Assembly: GCA_964016885.1 (NCBI GenBank)
Contig: OZ024749.1
Span: 27,528,001 to 27,592,000, forward strand
Direction of reading: 5' to 3'
DNA: 64,000 nucleotides
DNA from: Eledone cirrhosa
Taxonomy: Eukaryota
This document shows positions 38,291 to 52,835 of the stretch, in pieces. The translations under genes and the position numbers were made by a program. Within the stretch, counting starts at the first letter, position 1. Every line of letters starts with the position of its first letter. The notes below the pieces were generated by a model, which was not told where the DNA came from, ran no database searches, and saw nothing but the letters and a program-made list of their open reading frames with translations.

Positions 38291-40430
38291 TGTGTGTATG
38301 TATATATATATAGAAGCATAATCCTAGTTTTATAAGTAAAAATAAATAAATAATAATTAAGTAAAATAACGGATGTTGTGACGAAACGAGAGAAGGAAAG
38401 AAGTGAATATGAAATGAATAAAAATACGAAGATGGAGCTAATATAAAATTAAAAACTTCTATGAATTAAAAAAAAAAATGATGTATGTATGTGTGTATAC
38501 GACACAGGTCCTTGACACCCTCTCCCCATTGGACAAAATCTGTACCTGCACCGGACAACCCGTCCTCCCACATATAACCCCCCCCCCCCCCAAAAAAAAA
38601 CACCGAATTTAAAATATTGATATTTATATATTTAGCTTAGTCTTTATCGAGTAAAATTGCATTTCGTAATGTTAGCTATTAAAAAAAAGAATTATAAATA
38701 GATTTTGTTTTAACTTTTAATGTTTTGTTTTTTACTATGTGGGGATTTTTGGCTAGTTAGTTATTTTATTACAATTAGGACTTTGTAAGGTGGGGGGGGG
38801 TCTTTGATCCATGGGAGGAGGGGATTGTTATCCGGTGGGGGTCTTTGACCGGCAGGGTTTTTTTGGGGGGGTCCGTATTCCAGACGGCACAAATGGTCTA
38901 ATCAATTGACCTTAAGGATGGAAGAATATAAAAGTTAGGAAATCTTGCCGATTACGTGGCAACCATTGGTAGTTCTGCTACAGATATGGCAGCTTAAAAT
39001 TTCAGCACCTCAAAAATAGTATCTGCGTATTTAATCAATGGCTGAAATTCGGCCTAATTCAAAATCTAGTCTGAAAAAAGAATTCATCTTTTAACGAGAT
39101 TATACGATAATTACTAACAGATTAATCAAGCTAAAATTTTAAAGTGTAAATTAGATTTTGAAAGACGATTTTGTCAACAATATTCGGGTCGCTAGACCCC
39201 CCCCCACCTCATCACATACTAAGGGAGCTAACTTGCGTCACCCTGTTTCTCGCCCCCTCGTCGCCAACGTAGCTTTAGAACACAATTAGAGCTGTTCATC
39301 CTACCATTCCTTCAACAGCTATCCTGTTTCAACCAGTACCTTCCTCCCACCCTAACCTCACAGCCAAGGTTACTACTGTTTACCCAGCCTCTTTCTCCCT
39401 CTATTTCCACCACTACTTTCTTCCCATATAAGTTCCAGTGTTGATCATGTTTATCCGATTCTACCGATTCAATCAGTATCAGAATCTGAGCTGGTTGCCA
39501 TCAATTTATTCGCCCATTTGTATTCTTTGTGTCTGCACAACTTGCCATTTGAAATCTAGCTGTGTCAAAAACATGACAATCATGTGTGTGGGTCATTTAT
39601 ACAATACATTCTAGAAAGAAGTTAATGATAAGAAGGGAATCCAGGTGTAGAAATATGCCACACAAAGGATCAGGACTATTCAGCTGTGTCAAAAACATGA
39701 CAACCTTCCTAGTGCTGGTGCTATGAAAAAATGCACTTGGTAGAGTGTGTCAACGTTTTGTAAGTGTAAGGCAGACTCCTGGCCTGCCTAAGCACGCACT
39801 GGTGTGGGATCGTAGGTAAGCAAGATGGAGGCTCTTAGACTATCTGAGAGGTCAGCATTTCCATTAGAGTAGTTCTTCTTGAGTACTGGCTGAATCTGTT
39901 ATGACTTTCCCAACACTTGCTTGCAGGGAAAACACGTTTGATGATGATGTCATTTGTGTGGCAGAATCTATCTGAGGAGCTGTGTGAGAACTAAGATTCA
40001 AGGCAAAAGTCTTCAGCTCTGACATCCTTCACGGCACAATCTTGCTCCAAAGTTTAGCTTCCTGCTGAAGATATTGCCACTACTTTGTGGCACTTATCTA
40101 AACTGAAGCCCACCAACTGGATTCCAAAGGGAGTTTGGAATATTTTTATCCATACCTTCTCCAAACTGTTGAAGAATGTTTGCCTATCTAACAATACGTC
40201 AGCTTGGAAGTCTGAGCCCCAATTACTATTCTAGCTTTTGAGCTCAACTTTATTTCCAAGACAATAAACCTCAAGCAATTTACTCAAAAGTATTGATGTA
40301 ATTGAGGCCCATTTAGGTTTTTTTTTATGCCTATTGATTTTTAAGTTCTTGTATATGATCAACATCAGTTCTTCATATAGATTCTCATCATCTCTGCCAC
40401 ATTTTGATGGCCTAATCTTTGGCAAACTTC

Positions 40431-40593
40431 AATACTTGGTCAAAGTCACCTTCTCCAGAGCCCCTTGACCAGGATATATTGCCCAATACTTGGTCAAAGT
40501 CACCTTCTCCAGAGCCCCTTGATCTGGATATATTGCCCAATACTTGGTCAAAGTCACCTTCTTCAGAGTCTCTTGACCAGGATGTATTGCCCA
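40431..40593. repeat. 54-bp tandem repeat, 3 copies
   Basis: Unit AATACTTGGTCAAAGTCACCTTCTCCAGAGCCCCTTGACCAGGATATATTGCCC. Confidence 0.92.
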
Positions 40594-41779
40594 AATGATT
40601 TTGGAGTGCCTAGGTCTATGTAAGTGTTTATTTCTGTCTCTTCCTTGCTTTCTTTCTTCCATTCATCTTTGCACCTCACTAGTAGTTAACATCCTCACCT
40701 TTCCAAGATGGACTAGCTCCAACAGGGAGGTGGAGGGAGCTGCATTTGTCAGTTCTTGATACAAAGGAGGATAGACTGAAGCAGAGAGACTGGAACAACA
40801 TAGGTTGATCCATCTGATCAATTCTCAATGTGTTGTTTACTTTCTGTGAGTTCTAAATTCTTGGGAGACAGTGTTGATGCTTGGCCAAAATTAATGACAT
40901 TCTTGTTCATGATGTGCTCCACATTTAAATTGCACTCAGAGTTGGAGCCAATGCCTGTGAGGGCCCTCTTGACTCCACAGGTTTTCACAGTTCATTTTGC
41001 CATCTGTTTTATGTTTGTATATGGTTGGCAGTTAGATTGCACATGTACACAGCACTCATTATAGGCACTCTGCTCCGTGTAGCTCTGTTCTGTTGTTCAT
41101 TTGTGGTTGCAGCAAGTTTATAAATACAGCTTCTTTAATACATAGGTTTCCCTACATTCCTCTCCATCACCTCTATGATGACCTGGAGCAAACAGAACAT
41201 CTCATTTTTGTACAATTATTTGAAAAGAAGGTATTTACCTTGAAATATCATAAAGAAATGTATTGGGTAAAACAATATTTTGTTTTATTTTGTTGTCATC
41301 CTTTTATTGCAGAACCACCTTTATATATTTCTATCCACATTATATATCTCACAATGCTTTATGTAAACTATACTGCTTTATATATATATATATATATGGT
41401 GTTTATATATTAACATGTGAAGGCATGTGGTTTAGTGGTGAAAGAGTTGGATTAACAATCATGAGGTTGTGAGTTCGATTCCCAGACCAGATCAGACAAG
41501 GCCATGCACTTCATTTAATATTGCTCCATTTCATTCAACTGTAGAAATTAGTTGCGACGTCAATGTTGCCAAGCTGTGTCCGCTTTTGTCTTTCCCTTGG
41601 ACAACATCAATAGCATGGAGAGGGGAGACTGGTATGTATGGGCAACTACTGGTCTGCCACAAAAAAACACCTTACCCAGGCTTGTGCCTCAAAGGGGAAC
41701 TTTCTAGGTGCAAAACTCCAGGGTCATTCATGACAGAAGGGGGATTTTACTTTTTTTTAAATACTAATATATATATATA

Positions 41780-43940
41780 TATTGATTTCATTCTGGTGAG
41801 GAAGAAGTGGCGGAAGAGTGTTCTGAACACAGAACCATACAATTATTTCAGTACACTGGGCAGTGACCACTGGCTTGTTATAAGTGAGGTCTGGGTGAGC
41901 TTAAGAAAGAGTAAGGCTTAGCTCTGGAGAGCAATCTATGACTGGGGAGCTTTCAAGGAAGATAAGCTACAGGAGAGGTACACAGTAGAAGTGAGGAACA
42001 GGTTCAATGCTCTGTGTGGAGAAGGAGATGAGAGATTGGAGGGACTGAGGAGAGAGTGATGAGGAGATACGGGTACTTCACCAATGCAGTGGCAGAAGCA
42101 AGTGAGACCCTGGTGTCAAGGAGAGACAAGAAGAGGAAGAACGTCAGCTCTGCAGAACCAAAATTGTGTGCAGCCAGAGAACACCTGAAAGCTGCCAAGG
42201 ATCAATTCTATGTTGATCCTACGGAGGAGAGGAAGGAAGAACTTTACCGCTTACACTGAGGCCAGAGAGGAGATTCTGATAGAGAAGATCAGAAGTGTGG
42301 AGAGAACGGTTGACAGGTCTAGGTGTAAAGAGAACTGGACGATCATCAATGAGATCACAGGGAGAAGAGAGGGAGTTTGAGTCAGATTCAGGAAACAGGG
42401 CCTGAGGATAGGAAGAGGAAATGGATGGACCATTTTAAAGCCCTACTAGGAGAGCTCAGAACACTGGGGAGATCAGGCAGCTGTTTGAGGAACTGGATAT
42501 TGAGACAGGACCCTTCACCAGAGAGGAGCTTCAGAGAGCCAAGAAGAAGATCAGAGGTGATGAAGAGGTGTGATTTTGATATCCTGGAGAAAGGAGTTAC
42601 CCCTAATCAGTGGAAGATTAGTAACATTGTCCCAGCGCCAAAGAAGGGAGATCTCTCTAACACCAACAACTACAGGGGGATCTCACTGACGTCACTTGTG
42701 GCAAAGACCCTCAACAGATTGATATTTAACAGGTCCAGCTCGAGATGGAGAAAAAGCTTAGGGACAACCAGAATGGCTTCAGAGAGGGAAGATCAACCAC
42801 CAGTCACATTCTGATGCTGAGGAGGATATTAGAGGGAGCTAGAAGAAAGAGCCTTCCTGCTGTCATGGTTTTCATTGACTTTAGGAAGGCCTTTGATTCT
42901 GTGGACTGTCACTGCCTGATGAAGATCTTACAGGCATATGGAATCCCCAAGAAGATAGTGGACTTGGTATCACTGCTCTAGACCAACACCAGAGCCCACG
43001 TCATTACACCTGATGGGATGACGGAGTTCTTTGAGATACTGACTGGAGTGCTCCAGGGAGATACATTGGCTCCCTACCTTTTTATCATTGCAGTGGACTA
43101 TTGTATGCGCCTTGCATTGGAGAAACACCAGGACTCTGGCTTTACTATAGCACTGGCTCAGAGCAGTAGATTTAAGGCTAAAAAGATATCAGTTGCTGAA
43201 TTTGCTGACGACATAGTTCTGGTGACAAACACAGTGAAGGAGACAGAGGAGTTGATACAGGAAGTGGACACTGTGTCGATGGGTGTGGGGATGAGAAAGA
43301 ATGACATTAAGATGAAGTATCTGGTAGAGAACATTAAGAAGCCAGAGAAGATTACGAATGTAGGCGGGAAGCCTCTAAAGCTGGTTGAGGATTTTCTGTA
43401 TCTGGGAGGAAAAATTGGGAACACAGAGGATGAGCAAAGCCTGGGTGGCGTGCCACAGTTTGAGATCGGTGTGGAAGTCGGACCTTCATAAAGACCTGAA
43501 GATCTGTCTCTTCATTGATACAGTGTAGTCTGTGCTACTGTATGGGTCTGAGACTTGGACACTGACCAAGAAACTTACTCAGATGGTGGTGGGTGCTACA
43601 TGAGAATGCCAAGGATGGCTCTGAACATTAATCAGTATACACTGAAGAGGAAGAACTCAGAGCTGTACGGGAGCCTCCCAAAAGTCAGCTCGAAAGTAAC
43701 ACAGAGAAGACTCATGCTCACCGACATTCAGAGTTGACATTACAGTCAGTGCTTCTGAGGGAGCCCCTACATAGATACACTAGAAGAGGGAGACCGAAGT
43801 AGATATATATTGATGCCCTAAGAACAGACACTGCTCTCTGGGATACGCAGGACATGGCGGTGATGATGAAGGACAGAGACCGCTGGAGAGAACTCGTCTA
43901 TGGATATTGAGAATTTTACCTGCCCTAGATAGATAGATAT
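41780..43940 (+). mobile_element. RTE-like LINE (second family), APE C-terminus + RT, frameshifted, (TAGA)n tail
   Basis: IDFILVR...GSDH (APE end), NYRGISLTS, GFREGRST, FIDFRKAFDSV, GVLQGDTLAPYLF, FADD; TAGA repeats at about 43926-43938. Confidence 0.88.
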
Positions 43941-44280
43941 ATATATTATGCTTTTATACTAATACATATAATGTATATATGTTTAGATACTAATATATAT
44001 AATGTTTTTATATGCTAATATATATATTGTGTATATATACTAATATATATATTGTGCTTAGATACTAATATATTTAATGTGTTTATATACTAATATATAT
44101 AATGTGTTTATATATTAAAGTATATATTGTTTAGATGTTAATATATATAATGTGTATATATACTAATATATATTTATTGTGTTTAGATACTAATATAGTA
44201 ATATATATATATAGTAATAACAATAAAATATATGCTAATATATATATTGTGTTTATATGCTAATATGAATATTGTGCTCA
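43940..44280. repeat. AT-rich degenerate minisatellite (TACTAATATATATATTGTGTTTA core)
   Basis: Seen directly, upstream of a POFUT1 exon. Confidence 0.8.
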
Positions 44281-44367
44281 AATGAAATTATATTTAAAAA
44301 AAAAAAAACCCAAACATTTTGTTCTAAAATAATGTATTTATTTATTTATTTATTTATTTATTACAAG

Positions 44368-44462
44368 GACGTTTTGGAAACCAAGCTGAACAATTTCTAG
44401 GAGCACTTGGTTTTGCAAAATCCATCAACCGGACATTGGTGTTGCCGCCATGGAGAACATAC
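44368..44462 (+). CDS. POFUT1: POFUT1 coding exon ([32 protein letters not shown])
   Basis: 95 bp, ttacaag/gtaaga boundaries, phase 1 to 0, GRFGNQ motif of POFUT1. Confidence 0.96.
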
Positions 44463-44481
44463 GTAAGATTTTTTTTTTTAA

Positions 44482-44701
44482 CCCTTTAGCATTTAAGCCG
44501 GGCGTATTCAGCCAGAATTTTCTCACCTCTTTCTGTTCAAACCGGCCATAACTGGCTACTCATACTTATGTTAAGGTTTTGTTCTCAAAATAAATATCAA
44601 AATCTCATAGATTCGATATTATGTGAGATAATTATGTGAGACAAGGTGTTTACCATGAAAATATAATAGTATATATATAGAGTAATGTAAATGCTAAAGG
44701 G
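44482..44701. mobile_element. piggyBac-type MITE immediately after a POFUT1 donor site (other copies at about 4947-5125, 8125-8315, 11777-11968, 60781-61000, 61306-61533)
   Basis: TTAA|CCCTTTAGCATTTA...TAAATGCTAAAGGG|TTAA; at least six homologous copies in the window. Confidence 0.88.
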
Positions 44702-45439
44702 TTAACAACGATGATAATCACCATCACCACCACAACCATTATCATCATTGTAATTTTATGTCCGCCCCTTTCGGATTAAAGAAATAGACTCGGCGGACTA
44801 TTATAAATAAGCAACATGTCTTGTTGTCAAGAGTTCGGTTGGAGTCTCGCTTGAATGTCTAACATTTTGTAGTCGGAGGTTACGCCTGAAATAAAATTGT
44901 TAGTTCCCTCGCATTGTAGAAAATATAACCAGTCCCAAAAAGGGTTAAGTAGACAGATCAGGGCAATTTTGTTAACTCACATTCTCATTCTCAATTCATA
45001 AGGTGGTAAATTAGCAGAGTTGTGAGGGTATCAGGTTAAAAAAACCTCAGTATGGCTTATTGCTCTCACAGTACAAATCCTCCACAAGTCAACTTTGCCT
45101 TTCATCTTTTTGAGGTCGGTAAATAAAGTATGAGTTCAGTACTGTACTGGGGTTGTTTTTCACTCTCTCTCTACGTATATATATATTATCACCATCATCG
45201 TTTAACATCCATTTTTCCATGCTAGAATGAGTTATATGAGTTGTCCTGACATTGTGAGACATGTCAGAGCAGGTGACCATATCTTGCTCATTCAGAACTG
45301 TTTCTGGCGTGGTTTCTACAGCTGTTGTTGAAGTTTTCTTCATACCAAGAAATAAATATTAAGCAAAGTTAATAGATTTTGAGTTTTTTTTTAAATGGTT
45401 ACAACCAAACTTCCATGCTGTAATTTCTATATATATATA

Positions 45440-46445
45440 TCATCATCATCTTACGTCTGCTTTTCCCTGCTTGCAAGGGTGGGATGGGTCCTATTCAGTA
45501 CAGCATCTCTCCACTTGTCACGATCCTTCGTTAATCTCCACCGTGAGCTTCAGCAATCTGAGATCTGCTCTCACCACCTCCGCCCATGTTTTTCGTGGTC
45601 TTCCTCTACTGCGTCTTCCTTCAACTGGCATTTATTGGCACTTCTTTACTCAGCAGTCATCCTCCATGCGCATCACATGTCCATACCATCGCAGTCTTCT
45701 CTCCCACACACTACAACTTATCCCTCATAAGCACAGTTTCTCTCTCAACACATCCATGCACGGTCGTTCACGCACATTGTCATTGCACATCCAACGGGGA
45801 ATGCTTGCCCCATTTCTCTCCAGCCATCGCATATCCTTTGCAGTTGCTGCCCATGTCTCACTACCATGCAGCATCATGCATCTCACACAGGCATCATATA
45901 ACCGGCCTTTCATACGCAGGGAGAAACCCTTCTTTGTCAGCAGAGGAAGCTTGTCCCTAAACTTCTTCCAACCCATTCTTATTCTAGATACTATGACCTT
46001 GGACCCCCCCCCCCCCCTCCCATGCTAATCTGATCACCTAGGTACTGGAAGCTATCAACCACTTCTATAGAACCCACCTGCATTTGAAAAATGTGTCTAT
46101 CAATGCAACTTCTACTGTCAAATTTCCCTGTAGATCTACTGCATACATATTTTTCCCTACTTGTTAGTTTGCCTGTTATCCCACTACATCTCTTGTGTAC
46201 CCAAGATCTGCATTGTGTAAATTTTATAGAATTTATGCTAGTTCCTTTTCTTCATATCGAACATAGCCATTTCCCTGACGGAATCAGAGTTTTGTCCTCT
46301 TTTCTACTCATCAACATTTTTGTCTTAGCTAGGTTCACTCTCAGTCCTCTTGCTTCCAACTGCTGTTTCCGTAGCCAGAATTTATTCTCTAGCTCTTTTA
46401 CTGATTCTGCTATAAGAACCAGATCGTCAGCATAGAGAAGTTCCC
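45440..46445 (-). mobile_element. RTE LINE 3' portion
   Basis: WELLYADDLVLIAES, GKW.CSI, GWKKFR..LPLL; same family as 5752-7085. Confidence 0.85.
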
Positions 46446-47079
46446 ACACACACACACATTTTTGTTCATGCTCAGAGTTGCTGAAGCATGGAACAAACTA
46501 CCTGAATCTGTTGTTAGCTGCCAGGACACTGCATCCTTTAAAACCTCCATGCTGAAATTCGTCAACACTACACCTAATATTCCCCTTTCATACACACACA
46601 CACATGTATATCATGACTCTGTTCACTTTCCTGATATTTGTACATTATTCTGTGTACTATACATGCACCTTTGATGAGTTGTAGTGCACCTGAGCACTGT
46701 ACACAATAATTTCATTATTATATATATATATATACATACATATATATATACACATACATACACACACACACACATATATACACACACACTCACACATATA
46801 TACACACACATATATATACACACACATATATATATATACATACACACACACATATATATACACACACACACACACATATATACACACACACACATATATA
46901 TATATACACACACACATATACATGGAGGCACATGGCTTAGTGGTTAGAGCATTGGCCTTGCAATCGAAAGGTTGTGAGTTCAATTCTCAGACCGGGTGAT
47001 GTGTTGTTTCCTTGAGCAAGACACTTTATTTCACATTGCTCCAGTTTACTCCGCTGTAGAAATGAGATGATAGGGACCT

Positions 47080-47793
47080 ACAAATTAAAGATAATATACC
47101 TAAAAAAATTTTTACTATCCTAGAGAAAAACTTCCCGCCAAACCATAAATACCATCAAATTTTAAATAGATCAACGGTCAAATTCTCCTACTCCACAACG
47201 AAAAATATACAACAAAATATAAGTGCCTACAATGCATATAAATGTAAAAAAACCATGAATATACCACCAACACATCAAACTAACCATAATACTAAAATAA
47301 ACCACAGCAAACCACCATCTCATTCACATACAAAAAGTCAGGAAAATTCCACACCTAATTTGACTAACTCCCCTGATATAACATTCACGAAAGGTTGTAA
47401 CTGTAGAAACAAAGCTAATTGCCCATTAAAAGCTAATTGCCCATTAAAATTGCCTTATTAATAACATAGTATATAAATGTAAAATTAGCACTAAGGACTC
47501 AACTTATTCATATATAGGAGCTACTTCTAACCAATTTAAAGTAAGATTTAATACCCACAAACACAGTTTTAAAAATGCTTTATAGAAAAAAGAATATCGA
47601 TTATAACCTGACCTGGAGTGTGCTCAAAAGGGCCACCCCTTATCAAAATAATAGATATGAATGTAGATTATGTTCCCAGGAACTTTTTGAAATAATGAAA
47701 TCTAAGGATATCCTATTAAATAAGCGACAAGAATTAATTATATCGTGCAATCATAGAATTAGAAAAACTTTCAAATATTATAAACCTAATTAA
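47080..47793 (+). mobile_element. Penelope-like element relic (GIY-YIG endonuclease region)
   Basis: Fragments NHKYHQILNRSTVKFSYS, GCNCRNKANCPL, IVYKCKI...YIGATSNQFKVRFNTHKHSF, CRLCSQE...LLNKRQELIISCNHR. Confidence 0.85.
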
Positions 47794-48520
47794 TATACAC
47801 TTATATTTTACAAATTATTATAATTAATTTTTTAAATTAGTTAACCTATAATTAATATTCTACTACTAAGAACTGCATAATTTTATTTCCCTTTTACAGC
47901 TATCTTTTCCTAAAATTTATACCAATAAGTATACATATAAACTATTTTAATTTCCTGTTATGAATCTAAATTCCTTGTAATCTTTTTAAGTTTGTTATTT
48001 CTCACTAATACATTTATCCCCCCCCCCCAAAAAAAAAATGTTTTCCTTCGTTTTTAACAACATTCTTTAATAACATCTAACTCTTAATTATCATATCTAT
48101 ATGAATTAATATAAATTTATCCCTATAAATATACCTATCAATTAAATTAATTTAATTTCTTTTTATAGATCTAAATTCCTTATGTTTTAAATAAGATTGA
48201 TATTTTTTACTAACACATTTATCGTAAAATTTTATTCTCCTTAGATTTTAACATTAACATTATTCTTTAATAACATCAAATTTTCTTGTACCTTTCACCG
48301 GCTTGACCTATTTTCATCCCCAAAGTAATCTTTTCATTCAAAATACTCTTTCCATTCAAAACTGAAGTCTGCATTCCTCTACCCCTAAATTAAATTTCTA
48401 CTACTACTATTCTATCAACTTGACCACTTACTACTTTTCTATTGGTCAATTCAAAACCTGTTCCCAAACAGACCTATTATATTAAATCTTTGTTGGTTTT
48501 TTTCAATAAACAAATATCAT

Positions 48521-48914
48521 GGATTGGCAGTATCGGTAGAGGGTCGGACGCCATGCTTTCCAGCACACTTACGTCCCTTTACGATCTGAGTTCAAATCCC
48601 GCCGAGGTTGACTTTGCCTTTCATCCTTACGGGGTCGATAAAATAAAGTACCAGTAATGCACTGGGTAATTGCTGGCCTTGTGCCTAAAGTAGAAACAAT
48701 TATTTCTGAAGACAGCGGTGGATTGGCAGTATCGGTAGAGGGTCGGACGCCATGCTTTCCAGCATAGTTACGTCCCTTTACGATCTGAGTTCAAATTCCG
48801 CCGAGGTTGACTTTGCCTTTCATCCTTACGGGGTCGATAAAATAAAGTACCAGTAATGCACTGGTTAATTGCTGGCCTTGTGTCAAAAGTAGAAACAATT
48901 ATTTCTGAAGACAG
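48521..48914 (+). mobile_element. Two head-to-tail SINE family A copies
   Basis: Near-identical units 48521-48702 and 48715-48901, each followed by ATTTCTGAAGACAG. Confidence 0.88.
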
Positions 48915-49289
48915 TATATATATGTGTAGGTATGTATATTCCCTCTGATAGTTTGTAAAATTTTTACATAGATCTATATGATATACATACCAACACACAT
49001 ATATCCTAGAAACGATCGTAAAATGATGAATTTTTTAATATAAGGAACTGTTTCTTTGTTTTTATTCATTATTTTTATTAATTTATATATATACATATAT
49101 ATTTATACACACACACACACATATATACATATATATTTATACACACACACACATATATACATATATATTTATACACACATACACACACACACACATATAC
49201 ATATATATTTATACACACGCACACATATATATATACATATATATTTATACACACACACTAATAGGAAGACATTAATAGGAAGACATGAA

Positions 49290-51222
49290 TAGGAAGAGGC
49301 GAAATAGATCGTCCAACCACCTCAAATAGGTGACAAAAAAGGCAGTGCTTCAATTTGAGCAGCGCATAGCAACCAGCCCTGACAGTAAGGTGTTCTGGAA
49401 GTATGTTCACTCAAAGCAGAGACCTTACTCTCCAGTTGGTCCTCTTCGCAATCCCCACACAAGCCAGGTTACTGACGACCCCAAGGAATGCGCAGAGCTC
49501 ATTGCTGAATGCTATGCAGGCATTTTCACTATTGAAGACCAGAGTGTACCATCTCCACCACCTATGACACCGGACTCTATTACAACCATGGAATTTACAC
49601 CTGCAATGCTGCGACGTCACCTAAAAAATAAACGCAACCATGCCTCTCCTGGTCTTGATGGTGTTACGTACCTGCTTCTTAAACGTGGTGGGTACTTCCT
49701 TCTGCATCAGTTATCACGCTTCTTCCAATTCTGTCTGAACAACAGTGCTACTCCAGAACAGTGGAAAACTGCCAGTGTCATTCCTCTGTTCAAAAAGGGT
49801 GACCGCACATCACCTGTGAACTATCGTCCAGTCAGACTTACTAGTTGCATCGCCAAACTGATGGATTCCTGTGTCAGAGAAACACTTTGGAACTTCTGGA
49901 GCTCTCACAGTCTTATCCCGCCCTCGCAATTTGGATTTATCCCCAACTCCAGCTGCTGTGATCAACTTATAGAGTTTCTTGAGGACATCACCCGGATCAC
50001 TGATGACGGCTCATGGGTGGATCTTGTTTACCTTGACTTTGCGAAAGCCTTCAATTCTGTGCCACACAAAAGGCTTATGGCAAAACTCTCTACAATGGGT
50101 GTGAAGGATGATCTTTTTAACTGGTTGAAGTCCTTCATTCTCAGTCGAAGAGAGGTAGTCACGGTTCTGGGACAGCATTCCTCACCATATGAGATGTCAT
50201 CTGGTGTACCACAGGGATCTGTTCTTGGCCCCCTTTTGTTTGTGGCATATATTAATGACATAGATGCCAACTTAAAGAATGCCACAGTACTAAAGTATGC
50301 AGACGACATCAAGCTGTACCTTGAGATAAAAAGGACAGATCCTGAATGCTATAGATCTTGCTTGCAGTCTGACCTGGACACAATGCAACAATGGATCTCA
50401 GACTGGCAACTCAAGCTAGCTGTGGACAAGTGCACCACCATGCATTTTGGGAGTGAAAACCCAGCATCCACATACTCCCTCCACCGCACTAATATAAAGA
50501 AGTCTTCTTGTGAACGTGGCCTGGGCATTACGGTCAGCAGCGATTTGCGTTGGACGAGGCACATCTCTAAAATTGTCAAGAGGGCCGAGGGTGTCTTAGC
50601 ATCACTCAGCAAGACCTTTGTCAGCCGCTCTCCAGATATCTATTTAAGGCTGTACATGGCTATGGTGTGACCACACTTAGAATTTGCATCACCAGTCTGG
50701 AACCCCTATCTTGTTCAGAACATTGACCACCTGGAAACTGTTCAGAGATGTGCAACCAAGCGAATACCCTCCATCAGGCATCTACCATACTCTGAGCGCC
50801 TTGCTTCCCTGGGCATGGATACATTGCAGCTCCGACGCCTGGCAACTGACTTGGTAAACACCCACAAAATTGTTAACCATGTTGCCAACAACAACCCTGA
50901 GTACCTTTTTGATTTCCATGTGTCTAACACACGTGGACATGCCCACAAAGTCAGAAAACAGCACAGTTCCCATGACTTTCGGAAACATTTTTTCACGCTC
51001 AGAGTTGCTGAAGCATGGAACAAACTACCTGCATCAGTTGTTAGCTGTCGAGACACTGCATCCTTTAAGGCCTCCATGCTTCCCGAGATCCACCAACACT
51101 ACAGCTAACACATACACACATGTACTTCCCTGACATTTGTGTATTATTCTATGTACTATACATACACCTTTGACGAGTTGTAGTGCACCTGAGCACTTTA
51201 CACAATAATTTCATTATTATTA
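49290..51222 (+). mobile_element. CR1-clade LINE, 5'-truncated, near-intact RT
   Basis: ORF 49330-50670 has NYRPV.LTS, YLDFAKAF.SVPH, SGVPQGSVLGP and YADD, then continues past a stop to FFTLRVAEAWNKLP (to 51108); (ATT)n tail. Confidence 0.92.
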
Positions 51223-51646
51223 TATATATATATATATATACATATATATTTATACACACACACACACACACATATATATACATATATATTTATACACACA
51301 TACACACACACCCATATATACATATATATTTATACACACACACACGTATATATATACACATATATTTATACACACACACTAACATATATATATATATATA
51401 TACATATATATTTATACACACACACACACATACATACATATATATTTATACACACACACACACACATATATACATATACATTTATATACACACACTAACA
51501 TATATATATATATACATATATATTTATACACACACACACACATATATACATATTTATTTATACACACATACACACACACATATATACATATATATTTATA
51601 CACACACATATATATATACATACATATATATTTATACACACACACT

Positions 51647-51692
<46 letters not shown>

Positions 51693-52625
51693 TATTTATA
51701 CACACACACACACACATATATATATTTATACACACATACACACACACACATATATACATATATATTTATACACACACACACATATATATACATATATATT
51801 TATACACACACACTAACATATATATATATATACATATATATTTACACACACACACATATATATATATATACATATTTATACACACACACACATATTTATA
51901 CACACACACACATATATACATATATATTTATACACACACACACATACATATATATTTATACACACACACACACACACATATACATATATATTTATACACA
52001 CACACACACATATACATACATATATATTTATACACAATATACATATATATTTACACACACACACATATACATACATATATATTTATACACAATATACATA
52101 TATATTTACACACACACACACACACACATATATATACATATATATTTATACACACACACTAACATATATATATATATATATATACATATATATTTACACA
52201 CACACATATATATTTATACACACACACACATATATATACATATATATTTATACACACACACACTAACATATATATATATACATATTTATACACACACACA
52301 CACACATATATTTATACACACCCACACACACATATATACATATATATTTATACACACATACTCACACACACACACATATATACATATATATTTATACACA
52401 CACACATATATACATATATATTTATACACGCACACACACATATTTATACACACACACACACACACATTTATACACACACACACATATTTATACACGCACA
52501 CTAACATATATACATATATATTTATACACACATACTCACACACACACACATATATACATATATATACATATATATTTATCACGCACACACACATATATAT
52601 ACATATATATTTATACACACACACT

Positions 52626-52679
<54 letters not shown>

Positions 52680-52752
52680 TATTTATACACACACACTAAC
52701 ATATATATATATATATATATATACATATATATTTATACACACACACACACAC
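51223..52752. repeat. Compound (TA)n/(CA)n low-complexity array
   Basis: Recurrent TATATACATATATATTTATACACACAC units; also present at 49083-49260 on the other side of the CR1 insertion. Confidence 0.95.
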
Positions 52753-52835
52753 GTATATGCTAGCATAGAAGATGGACGTTAGATGATGATGCTGGTGATG
52801 ATAATATGTATATATATATTGTTCTATATTCACAG

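Noticed and set aside
46924-46995. tRNA-like sequence
   Set aside because: Head of SINE family B; no complete cloverleaf or acceptor stem, and it runs directly into the SINE core.
49330-50670. 446-aa RT ORF as a domesticated gene or prokaryotic retron-type RT
   Set aside because: Typical 5'-truncated CR1 LINE with a premature stop, a LINE tail and multiple 3' fragments elsewhere in the window.
51183-52763. 526-aa His/Thr/Tyr/Ile ORF (and similar ORFs at 23270-23875, 26045-26443, 46623-46983, 56083-56886)
   Set aside because: These are translations of (TA)n/(CA)n microsatellites.
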